The notes under the pieces were generated by a model. The model saw only the letters and a program-made list of their open reading frames with translations, had not been told where the DNA came from and ran no database searches. This document shows, one piece after another, positions 1 to 8,466 of a stretch of 27,047 bases of DNA (positions within the stretch are counted from its first letter, which is position 1; each line of letters begins with the position of its first letter). The position numbers and the translations under genes were made by a program. The DNA comes from an uncultured Candidatus Bathyarchaeia archaeon. Lineage in GTDB: Archaea > Thermoproteota > Bathyarchaeia > Bathyarchaeales > Bathycorpusculaceae. The stretch covers positions 1 through 27,047 of the forward strand of contig CAYVGZ010000008.1 of assembly GCA_964450845.1 (NCBI GenBank), given 5' to 3'.

Positions 1-98
1 GGTTTCGTCTATTGATTCTTGCCGGATGATGAGAAGGCATTAGCTTGACACAAGGGATGAAATCTCAGAGTTACTCGGACGGCAATTTGCGATTACGC

Positions 99-105
99 TT
101 TTAAA
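99..105 (+). promoter_or_regulatory. Putative archaeal TATA box (TTTTAAA) for the wHTH gene
   Basis: TTTTAAA lies about 35 nt upstream of the GTG start at 141, a typical archaeal spacing. Confidence 0.45.
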
Positions 106-140
106 CACTCGTTCTATTAAAGGTTATTTGGCGATGCTTT

Positions 141-599
141 GTGTCAAAGGCTCCACATGAATTTGATTTGGCTTTTTTGGAATCCGCGTTAAAAGGGAAA
201 ACCCTCCTCGTCTATTGGTACCTATTACAGCAGCCCACGCATACAGTAGGCGTGCGTGAAGTACAACGTGCCCTAAACTTTTCCAGTCCCAGCATTGCTG
301 TGCATCACCTTGAAAAGCTGCAGGATTTAGGCTTGATTCAGAAAAAAGGAACAGGCGAATATGTCCTTGAAAGCGAAGTAAAAGTTGGAATTCTTCGATT
401 TTTCACTCGCATGGGTCGTTTTCTTGTGCCTCGTTACCTATTTTGTTCAGTTTTGTTTTCTACAATGCTAACAGCCTATTTAACATTGACCATTTTGGGA
501 CAAGTAGCTCCCAATTTTTACACGCTGATGTTTGGTTTAATTGCAACCTTTGTTTTTTGGGTTGAAACCTTCAGGTTGTGGAGGGCGAAGCCATTTTGA
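141..599 (+). CDS. Membrane-anchored winged helix-turn-helix transcription regulator
   Basis: N-terminal wHTH pattern (GVREVQRALNFSSPSIAVHHLEKLQDLGLI..G.Y) followed by two hydrophobic C-terminal helices. Confidence 0.8.
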   Translation: MSKAPHEFDLAFLESALKGKTLLVYWYLLQQPTHTVGVREVQRALNFSSPSIAVHHLEKLQDLGLIQKKGTGEYVLESEVKVGILRFFTRMGRFLVPRYLFCSVLFSTMLTAYLTLTILGQVAPNFYTLMFGLIATFVFWVETFRLWRAKPF

Positions 600-657
600 A
601 ACTCGAACATGGTGTTCTAAAAAGTAGACATAAAAGCCACTGCTTCCACTACTCCTC

Positions 658-948
658 ATGGAGGCTGAAACTTTGAAGAAAATTCCACTGTATCTCTTGG
701 TTGCCGTAATTCTGGGGCTATCACTGACACTGGTTCCATTAGCTACGATCAAAGCCGAAAATGGCTATAGCGCAATTCAGCAACGATTAAAAACACTTGA
801 AGGCTATGATTCAGGTGCTACGACCTATTCAGGCTCTGATGTTGAGATTTTAGCTATTAGTTTCGTAATCGCCTTAGTTGCGTATTTGCTTTTTAAGCAT
901 AGTTCACCTCGTCGCAATCGCGAATGGGTTAGGCCGTATCCGTTCTAG
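658..948 (+). CDS. Small membrane protein with two TM helices
   Basis: ATG ORF of 96 aa; hydrophobic segments IPLYLLVAVILGLSLTLVPLA and ILAISFVIALVAYLLF. Confidence 0.7.
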   Translation: MEAETLKKIPLYLLVAVILGLSLTLVPLATIKAENGYSAIQQRLKTLEGYDSGATTYSGSDVEILAISFVIALVAYLLFKHSSPRRNREWVRPYPF

Positions 949-1019
949 TTTTAGTACGGTAATGTTCTAAAACATAGCATTAAGGAAAGCTATTCGCAAT
1001 ATTTCTTTTGGTGTTTAAT

Positions 1020-1718
1020 ATGAAAATAAAAAGAAAGGAAATATTCTTTGGAGTAATACTGACCGTTCTCGTCGTTTTTTCAGCCATTTACGCCAACACC
1101 AGAAGCGAAGAGACTTACATAGTAAGGATTCAGTCGATAGATTCATGGACAATGTCGGAATCAAACGCTTTCGCCCAGGAAACAGAACACTCCAAAATAA
1201 TTACAGAAACAATCGTAGGTGAACTGAAAAGAGGAACATTTGAAAACGTAGTTGACAGGCTTGAAATCTTGACAGAAGAAGAATACGGCTACGTTAAGAC
1301 GCTGCGCATGACCTATCAGGATCAAGTCTGGACTGGCTTGATGATCTGTAAGCTACCGCCAACGAATGTAAAGTCCTTCACGTTTGGTGCCAGAGCAATA
1401 ATTGAGGCTAATGGAACAGTTACGTACATAAACATTAACATTGAAGAAATAGATGTATCGCAACAAAGCGGAGAAGGATATTCAACAATTAACCTGAATT
1501 TGAAGGAAATCAAGCCTGAAAACGGTGTAGATATAGGAGTTTTGTTAGCACCAGTCTTATCAGTTCTGACAACAAGCTTCTCATGGATTGCCCAAGGACT
1601 AATCATAGGCGTACCATTATGCTTCGCATCTCTCGGCATAGTAATACTCGTTAACAGAGGAATTGTCCCCTTCTGGAAAAACACGCTGAAGAAGACAAAA
1701 CAATCCTACAAATCTTAG
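1020..1718 (+). CDS. Membrane-anchored extracellular protein, DUF4349-like
   Basis: ATG at 1020 is preceded by GGTG (ORF track starts at 1008). N-terminal and C-terminal TM segments. Central KII...FENVVDRLE...GYV...KLP...GTV...EE and YSTI.L.LKE resemble DUF4349 proteins as I recall them, not searched. Confidence 0.6.
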   Translation: MKIKRKEIFFGVILTVLVVFSAIYANTRSEETYIVRIQSIDSWTMSESNAFAQETEHSKIITETIVGELKRGTFENVVDRLEILTEEEYGYVKTLRMTYQDQVWTGLMICKLPPTNVKSFTFGARAIIEANGTVTYININIEEIDVSQQSGEGYSTINLNLKEIKPENGVDIGVLLAPVLSVLTTSFSWIAQGLIIGVPLCFASLGIVILVNRGIVPFWKNTLKKTKQSYKS

Positions 1719-1730
1719 GAGATATTGCCA

Positions 1731-1979
1731 ATGGTCTCTACCGTTGAAAAACAATTGCCGCCAAGACACTTGCAACACTGCATTGAAGAAGAAAACGAGG
1801 AAACTCGGGATTTCCGTAAAGCCCATCAAAAGGTACTAGACGAAAAATCGATTATACTAGTGCAACTATGCTATCATTGTGGAAGAAAGTTTCCATTCAA
1901 GAAGAGACGCAAACGCTGCCCATATTGTCAAAGTCTTCTCAGAACCAACACTATAATCCTTAAAGTTCCCCAATTTTAG
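1731..1979 (+). CDS. Small zinc-ribbon protein (CYHC...CPYC)
   Basis: AGGAG at 1717-1721 precedes ATG 1731; two CxxC pairs separated by a basic 12-aa linker. Confidence 0.65.
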   Translation: MVSTVEKQLPPRHLQHCIEEENEETRDFRKAHQKVLDEKSIILVQLCYHCGRKFPFKKRRKRCPYCQSLLRTNTIILKVPQF

Positions 1980-1981
1980 TT

Positions 1982-3181
1982 CTAAACTATAGTTAATTCG
2001 TCTAGGTTTCTTGGATAATACGTAATTATCTCTGCGTCTCCTTTCGTTATCAAAACAGTGTCCGAATGCCTGAACCCTGCAAATCCAGTCTCGTAGATGC
2101 CTGGTTCGCAACTTACAACCATTCCAGCACGCAGAGGCTCTTCATTGCCTATGTCTAACCATGGCGGTTCATGCCCTTCCAAGCCCAAACCATGTCCAGT
2201 ATGATGCTTCACTAAATGCATCAAACCAGCCTTCTTAAACACGTTAATCGTTGCCCTGTCAACTTCGCTGCATTTGACCCCTGGTTTGAAGACTTCAAAA
2301 GCGGCTTCTTGAGCTTTAACCATCACGTTGAAACAGCGTTTTTGCTTTGCCGTTGGCTTGCCAACGATCATCGTTCGCTCCAGTTCACAACTGTATCCGC
2401 CTACGTCTGCTCCAGCACCCGTAACGACAACATCGCCTCTTCTAATCATACGCCTTGTGGCAATAGAATGAGGTATGGCACTCATTTCACCTATCTGACC
2501 TCTAAAGCCCACGCTTACAGGAGAACTTCTACGCATGGGCTCATAATCTGGTCCCAAAGCCTTCTTCATTATTATGGATGCTTCATGCGAAGCTGCTAAG
2601 GCAACGTCAACATCCCATAAGCCTTCAGCCGTATACTCTTGCAACAAACTATGAGCTAGGTTTGCCCATTTGGCGCTCTCCTTCATGAGATTTATTTCCT
2701 CTTCAGATTTTATGAGGCGCATAGAAGGCACCAAATCCTTCACATCCACAAACTTTGCTTCCCAAAACTTCTTCGTGATCGGTGGACCTTTGTAGCCCCA
2801 GATTCCAGCAGCCCCAGCTTTGCTGTCAATGCCTATGCGCTTTTTGGCGAAACCCATTTCCTTCAAGAAACCAGCAAAATAGTCAATAGGATGTCTTTCT
2901 CCAGGATAATCTACATAAGTCTTGACCTCTTCAATCACTCTCGTTTTTAACGGAACATTATCTTTTTCCAGAAGTGGACCCATAAAGGTGATTTTGCCAT
3001 CAACTGGCACTATTACTGCTACTGGTCTTTCAGTGGCGATGAACGAGTAACCTGTTACGTAGAATATGCTCGTAGGGTTCGTTAAATATATGGCGTCAAG
3101 CTTTCGCTTCATTAAAAATTTTCTTACCCGTTGTACGCGGCGTTTATATTCGGCTTCGCTGATTGAAAAGTTTACCATCAT
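1982..3181 (-). CDS. M24 (Xaa-Pro peptidase/creatinase fold) hydrolase with atypical metal ligands
   Basis: Creatinase-type N domain, LIKSEEEI linker, GHGLGL..HE and EPG motifs. Likely ATG at 3181 or 3178 after GAGGG (ORF track TTG 3190). Confidence 0.85.
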   Translation of the reverse strand: MMVNFSISEAEYKRRVQRVRKFLMKRKLDAIYLTNPTSIFYVTGYSFIATERPVAVIVPVDGKITFMGPLLEKDNVPLKTRVIEEVKTYVDYPGERHPIDYFAGFLKEMGFAKKRIGIDSKAGAAGIWGYKGPPITKKFWEAKFVDVKDLVPSMRLIKSEEEINLMKESAKWANLAHSLLQEYTAEGLWDVDVALAASHEASIIMKKALGPDYEPMRRSSPVSVGFRGQIGEMSAIPHSIATRRMIRRGDVVVTGAGADVGGYSCELERTMIVGKPTAKQKRCFNVMVKAQEAAFEVFKPGVKCSEVDRATINVFKKAGLMHLVKHHTGHGLGLEGHEPPWLDIGNEEPLRAGMVVSCEPGIYETGFAGFRHSDTVLITKGDAEIITYYPRNLDELTIV

Positions 3182-3255
3182 ATCCCTCAAAATGGTTGTT
3201 AAATGTTATAGTGCTGTAAACGCATAAATGCTTTTCACAGCAAGTACAAAACTTC

Positions 3256-4128
3256 GTGATGATGATGAAATCCTTTTCTCTTCGCTTGTTTAAGGAAAGC
3301 GACATCAAATTCGCTTATGAAATGACCAAAATTGAAGGATGGAATTACGTAGAAAAAGACATCAAACGAATGTTTAGTTATAACCCATTAGGCTGCTTCG
3401 TCGCTGAAACAGACGGCAAACAGGTAGGGCATGTTTTCTCTGTTAACTATGGAAAACTTGGGTGGGTAGGTTTACTTATTGTGAGAGCAGAAGGTCGGAA
3501 AAAAGGCGTAGGAACATTGTTGATGAAAAAGGCGATGAATCATCTTTTGACCAGCGGGGTGGAAACAATAAGGCTGGAAGCCGTTCCTGCAATAGCAACC
3601 ATGTATCGAAAATTAGGGTTCGTAGACGAATACGATTCGCTAAGATTTTTAGGCGTCAACAGAAAAATTGATTTCGCAACGAGTTCAAACGTGAAATTGC
3701 TAAAAGAAGAGATAATAAAAGAAGTTGTAAGGTTTGATGCTGAATATTTTGGAGCAAACAGAATCAACGTTTTAAACAGTCTTTATCATGACCACCCAAA
3801 ACTCTGCTTTGTTTCGTATGCTGAATCTAAACTCGTTGGATACATCATGTGCCACAAAGCAGAAAAGGGATATAGAGTTGGACCTTGGGTATGCAATCCC
3901 GAAGATCCACAAGCCGCGAGGGAACTTTTAACGAAATGCATGGAAACAATAGAGGAAAATGCAAAACTCTATGTGGGCGTTCCAGCTGTAAACAAAAAAG
4001 CAGTTGAAATTCTGCAAAACTTCGGTTTTGAGCAATACTCAAAAAGTATTCGTATGCGTTTTGGGAAAAAACTTGAAACTGAATGTGCAAGCGACATATT
4101 TGCTATTGGTGGTCCAGAGAAGGGTTAG
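3256..4128 (+). CDS. GNAT family N-acetyltransferase, two-domain YitH-like
   Basis: Acetyl-CoA motif VRAEGRKKGVGTLL, MYRKLGF, and a second GNAT-like domain with VGPW. The start could be any of GTG 3256 or ATG 3259/3262/3265. Confidence 0.85.
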   Translation: MMMMKSFSLRLFKESDIKFAYEMTKIEGWNYVEKDIKRMFSYNPLGCFVAETDGKQVGHVFSVNYGKLGWVGLLIVRAEGRKKGVGTLLMKKAMNHLLTSGVETIRLEAVPAIATMYRKLGFVDEYDSLRFLGVNRKIDFATSSNVKLLKEEIIKEVVRFDAEYFGANRINVLNSLYHDHPKLCFVSYAESKLVGYIMCHKAEKGYRVGPWVCNPEDPQAARELLTKCMETIEENAKLYVGVPAVNKKAVEILQNFGFEQYSKSIRMRFGKKLETECASDIFAIGGPEKG

Positions 4129-4129
4129 A

Positions 4130-4915
4130 TTAGACAGAATGTTTCATCGCTTTGCGAGCAAACGTTATGTAACCCGTATGAGCAGTCATTAACGTTTGTG
4201 GTCGCGTTTTTCCTCTTTCGATCTGCATTCCACGCATTAAACACTCAACCGTTTCCATGTCCACAAAGCCATTTTCATTCAACGCTTCAACTGTTTTGAC
4301 GACTTGGTCTATTGTTGGGCTGAAAGAAACCAACGTGCCACATGGCTTTAGAGCATCGCATGCATGAGGGACAACAAGCCACGGTGTTGCTAAATCCAGT
4401 ACAACCGCGTCAACTTCATTTTCCTCTATGCCTGTGGTAACATCCTTATTCTTCAGTTCCACGAAGTCGATTAGGCGAGCACGTTTCAAGTTTTTCTCTG
4501 CTGTTGTCAAAAATTCCTCTCTTATTTCATAGCTGTAAACCTTACCGTCTGGCTTAACGTAATGAGCCAAAGCTGTTGTTAGCGCCCCTGTGCCTGTTCC
4601 AGCTTCTACAACACGGCTTCCAGGACCTATTCCACTAAACATCACTATCAGGGCTATGTCTTTAGGATAAGTTATCTGAGTTTTCCGCACAGACTTCATA
4701 ATAAAATCGCGCAAAAGAGGCTTCAACGCTGTAAATTCAACGCCTAAGCTGCTTAGAATGCAAGAGCCGTAATCTTTTCCAATTAAATCATCAAACTTTA
4801 TGAAACCCTTATGTGTGTGGAAACTTTTGCTAGCTTCAACCTTAACCAAATAGGTTTTTCTCTGAGTTAGATAAAGGAGTATGTAGTCTCCTTCCGTTAT
4901 CTTTTGGTCTGACAA
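4130..4915 (-). CDS. trmI: tRNA (adenine-N1)-methyltransferase TrmI (GCD14 family)
   Basis: FHTHKG N-terminal motif, QITYPKD, SAM motif VEAGTGTGALT, YEIREEF, DLATPW and C-terminal AHTGYITFARK. Confidence 0.93.
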   Translation of the reverse strand: MSDQKITEGDYILLYLTQRKTYLVKVEASKSFHTHKGFIKFDDLIGKDYGSCILSSLGVEFTALKPLLRDFIMKSVRKTQITYPKDIALIVMFSGIGPGSRVVEAGTGTGALTTALAHYVKPDGKVYSYEIREEFLTTAEKNLKRARLIDFVELKNKDVTTGIEENEVDAVVLDLATPWLVVPHACDALKPCGTLVSFSPTIDQVVKTVEALNENGFVDMETVECLMRGMQIERGKTRPQTLMTAHTGYITFARKAMKHSV

Positions 4916-4924
4916 CAGCCATCC

Positions 4925-6403
4925 CTAAGGCGTGTATTTAAACGGATGCTTCGACCTATCCTTATTTTCTATCAACTCATCTATGCTAGGTCTGCCTTCC
5001 ACTGTTTTGCGTATTGCATGGCGCATCGCCTTGTAGTTGTTTATGTAAACCCGTTGTCTATCAACAGCGGTTGGGTGAACAAACACGTTCGCAATGATAA
5101 TTAGGTCTTCAGCAACCTCCTTTGGAACGGTGCCATCTGCAACACTGTCAATGACTGCTTTCGCAACTGCTGTTTGAGCTGGACCATAAACCATGCTTGC
5201 CTGACGCATGCCCGTAATCGTAACCGTAGGAACAATCAATGTTACAGGCTTAACGGCTAGATTTGGCTCCAGAATAGCCAGCAATGGCTCATGCCCGGGC
5301 ACTGGCGTCGCTTTAGCTTTGGCAAACGCCTCACCAACTGGACCATCTTTGTTGCCTAGAAGAAGGTCGATGTGGGCTACTTCTGCTCCTTGTCCAGCTA
5401 ATGCCTCGCCTACTCGTAGTTTAAAGTCTTTTATTGTTTCTGGTGTTATGTTTATCGCCATGAAACGTTCTTCTATAGGCTTTTCAGCAATTTCAAACGT
5501 TATTGGTTTAGGCTTTATTTTGCCGATTTTTTCCAAGTCAAGGCGTAACTCTTCTTTGGCTTCGTAGGTTAGTTCTCCTCCAACACTCAGTGGCTTTCTG
5601 ACGGGACCAACTTTGATTTTCATCATGTTTAGGGCTTCTTTTGTGCCTACTGCTCCGCTTCCAGCTATTATTCTGGCTATTTTCTGCACTTTATATTGCA
5701 GTTCACGGGCTTCTTGCAATTCACCATTCTTCACATGGTTGTAGATTTGAACCCAAATGTCAGGTATGACATTAGCGCTTGCCAAAATAGCGCCTGAGCA
5801 TCCAGCGGCTAATGCCGCAATGACAACTTCGTCATGCCCACATAAAACGTTGATTTTGTCTCTGACCTTTTCCAGTACAGCTAAGATAAAACTTAATTGT
5901 CCACTACTGTCTTTTACGCCGACAATGTTTGGAATTTGAGCTAAATCTTCGACCATCTGCCAAGGCAGTGGTAAACCCGTGCATTGTGGAATGTTGTAGA
6001 GAATTATTGGCAGGTCAACTTCGCTGGCGATTGTATTGTAATGTTCGTAGATTCCGCGGTCTGCAGGCTTCAAATAAAATGGCGTAACAATCAAGGCGGC
6101 ATCGGCGCCAACATCTTTTGCATATTTCGTCATTTCCACGGCTTCGTTTGTTCCGCTGGCTCCAGTTCCAGCAACCACAGGAACCCGTCCGTTAGCCTCG
6201 TCAACCACGATTTTTATGGCACGTTTTTTCTCTTCTGTCGTTAAGTTTACAAACTCGCCGGTCGTGCCGCATGGAACGACTCCGTGAACGCCTAACTCAA
6301 TGCAGTGATTAACCAAAACTCGCAGTCTTTCTTCGTCAACAGTTTTTCCATCATCCGTGAAAGGCGTAACCAAAGCAGGCAAAATCCCTTCAGGTTTGAA
6401 CAT
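4925..6403 (-). CDS. dapA-fae: Fusion of a DapA/NAL-family class I aldolase (aa 1-~295) and formaldehyde-activating enzyme Fae (aa ~327-492)
   Basis: Aldolase motifs GTTGE, LYNIP and Schiff-base K164 (VKDSSG). The C-terminal domain aligns colinearly with Fae (VGEAL.G..EVAHIDL, LLA..EPN..KP.TL, GPAQ, VF.H, NY.A, HPF). Single uninterrupted ORF with GGTGA upstream of the ATG. Confidence 0.92.
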   Translation of the reverse strand: MFKPEGILPALVTPFTDDGKTVDEERLRVLVNHCIELGVHGVVPCGTTGEFVNLTTEEKKRAIKIVVDEANGRVPVVAGTGASGTNEAVEMTKYAKDVGADAALIVTPFYLKPADRGIYEHYNTIASEVDLPIILYNIPQCTGLPLPWQMVEDLAQIPNIVGVKDSSGQLSFILAVLEKVRDKINVLCGHDEVVIAALAAGCSGAILASANVIPDIWVQIYNHVKNGELQEARELQYKVQKIARIIAGSGAVGTKEALNMMKIKVGPVRKPLSVGGELTYEAKEELRLDLEKIGKIKPKPITFEIAEKPIEERFMAINITPETIKDFKLRVGEALAGQGAEVAHIDLLLGNKDGPVGEAFAKAKATPVPGHEPLLAILEPNLAVKPVTLIVPTVTITGMRQASMVYGPAQTAVAKAVIDSVADGTVPKEVAEDLIIIANVFVHPTAVDRQRVYINNYKAMRHAIRKTVEGRPSIDELIENKDRSKHPFKYTP

Positions 6404-6551
6404 GACACATCTTCACCTTGTTATTTCAATCATAGTCATTATATCATTTAAGATTTAAGATGATAACCTTGTTTCTGCTACAATAAAAAGAGAAGTTGAG
6501 TTCTAAATTGCTGTTGGGGCTTCATTCGTGGAAGAGATGCGAGCGAACTTG

Positions 6552-8333
6552 TCAGAGGGTTTTTTCAAGCATGTCAATGAATTCTTCAGCTTGTTTAATG
6601 CCCTTTTCCCAGAATTTCTCATCAGTAATGTTCAAGCCTAGTTCGTTGATGAGTTCAGAGGGGGACTTGCTGGAGCCTGCCGCTAGAAGCCCTTTTAACT
6701 TTGGAACGAAGCTCTTGCCTTGTTCCTTGTAGAGCTTGTAAAGAGCAAATACAAATAGCTGGGCGAACACGTAGGGGTAATTGTAGAAGCGATAATTTGC
6801 CATGTAATAGTGTGGCTTCATGGTCCATTCCCACTCCATCACGTCCAGCCAATCAACAGAATCACCATAGATTTTATCCCGTGCCGCGACCCACAATTTT
6901 GCAATAGTTTTTCCGTCTAGGAATTGTCCTCGCTTTATGGCGTCGTACATGTTTTGTTCGAAGAAAACCCTTGCTGAGACTTGAAAGGCTGCCATGCCAA
7001 ACTCGTCCAGCACACTTGTAAGAATCGCTTGCTTCTCCTCTTTTGTCTTAGCTTTCTTAAGCAGTCGTTCAGTCAAGAGCAGTTCACCAAATATACTTCC
7101 AGTTTCTGCAATGCAACTTCCAAATTCACAGTTGCTTGGTTTCTGCGCTCTAGAAACAAGGTAAGCGTGAACAGCATGACCAAGCTCGTGCGCCTGAGTG
7201 AAAACATCACTCATTCTCGCATTGAAGCTCTGTAGGACATACGCGCTTTTTCCTGCCAACCAATCACTGCAAAAGGCTCCTGATCTCTTTCCTTTGCGTA
7301 TTTCGCCATCGATGTGACGTTTTTCATACATCTCAACAATCCAACCGCCTACCTGTTCGTCAAATTCGTTATACGCATCAACTACTTCCTTTCGAGCTTC
7401 ATTCCAGCCGTAGTTCATTTCAGGTGCGGTAGGCAAAGGAGCCATTACGTCGTAGTTAGCCAATTTATCTAGACCCATCAGTTTAGCTTTCAGCCTAAGA
7501 TACCTTTGATATAAACTCACATTCTTCTCTATGGTTTTCATGAGGCTATCAATGGCTTGCTGGTCAACATCATTGTCTATCAAGCTTTGGGTCATTGGAG
7601 TCTGATACTTCCTTAATTCACACATTTGAATGTGATCCTCACATACTGCTCGAAGAGCACTTGCCCAGACAATGTCATCCTTGCCGAGACCATCATAGAC
7701 TATTTGATTGGATTGTTTTCGCAGTTCACGATTTGGACTCTGATAGAAGCCAATGATTTCACCGTAGAGAAAGGTTTTTTTCTTGCCTTCAATTTCCATG
7801 TCAAAAGTTCTAGTGGAGAGCCAATCGCCTTGAAGCATCTCCCACGCCTTTATCCCATTTCTGTCTTTAACAATTATCAATTGCTCTTCAGTTTCTGACA
7901 GCATGTGCGGCACTCTTGTCAGCACTCTTTCAAGACAGTGTTTGTACTCTGCCAGTATAGGGTTCGTTACCAATGCTGATTTTTCAGCGAGAAGCCTACC
8001 CATTTCAATATCAATAAAGGCTAATGTTTGTTCAACTTCCATGTATGCCCTACGCGCAGCATCGTTAAGCTGTTTGGCAACATCATCAGTCGAATTGGCT
8101 GAATACATTAGACGGCAATACTTGATTACTCCTTCGAACTTGAGAAAAAAAGCGTCCTTCGCTTCCAAAAGCTCTAGGAGACCTTTCGCATCAAGGTTCC
8201 CAATTTTGCCGTGATACTTGTTTCGAACTTGCTCTGCTTCAGCTACCATAGACGTCAGTTTTTCTTGAATTGAAGCTGGTTCTGTATTGTCAACAAGCTG
8301 AGAAAGATCCCAAACCATCTCTTCTTTAGCCAT
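6552..8333 (-). CDS. pepF: Oligoendopeptidase F (peptidase M3B)
   Basis: WDLSQL N-terminus, GKRSGAFC, zinc motif HELGH, AETGSIFGE, HYY and FYNYPYVF. Likely ATG at 8333 after GGAAGGA (ORF track TTG 8357). Confidence 0.92.
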   Translation of the reverse strand: MAKEEMVWDLSQLVDNTEPASIQEKLTSMVAEAEQVRNKYHGKIGNLDAKGLLELLEAKDAFFLKFEGVIKYCRLMYSANSTDDVAKQLNDAARRAYMEVEQTLAFIDIEMGRLLAEKSALVTNPILAEYKHCLERVLTRVPHMLSETEEQLIIVKDRNGIKAWEMLQGDWLSTRTFDMEIEGKKKTFLYGEIIGFYQSPNRELRKQSNQIVYDGLGKDDIVWASALRAVCEDHIQMCELRKYQTPMTQSLIDNDVDQQAIDSLMKTIEKNVSLYQRYLRLKAKLMGLDKLANYDVMAPLPTAPEMNYGWNEARKEVVDAYNEFDEQVGGWIVEMYEKRHIDGEIRKGKRSGAFCSDWLAGKSAYVLQSFNARMSDVFTQAHELGHAVHAYLVSRAQKPSNCEFGSCIAETGSIFGELLLTERLLKKAKTKEEKQAILTSVLDEFGMAAFQVSARVFFEQNMYDAIKRGQFLDGKTIAKLWVAARDKIYGDSVDWLDVMEWEWTMKPHYYMANYRFYNYPYVFAQLFVFALYKLYKEQGKSFVPKLKGLLAAGSSKSPSELINELGLNITDEKFWEKGIKQAEEFIDMLEKTL

Positions 8334-8466
8334 AATTATTCCTTCCAGTCTATCCAAATCGTTTCAAAGTGTTATTAAAATGTTCCCTTCAACTGCTTAA
8401 AATTTGAAATAGGCTCTGACTTTTGGTTCCTCAAAAAGAGAATTTCCAAGTGAAAATGCTTAAATT

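Noticed and set aside
1-40. Possible minus-strand gene start (MPSHHPARINRRN...) running off the window edge
   Set aside because: Only 13 codons are visible, with no RBS or recognisable motif, so it cannot be supported.
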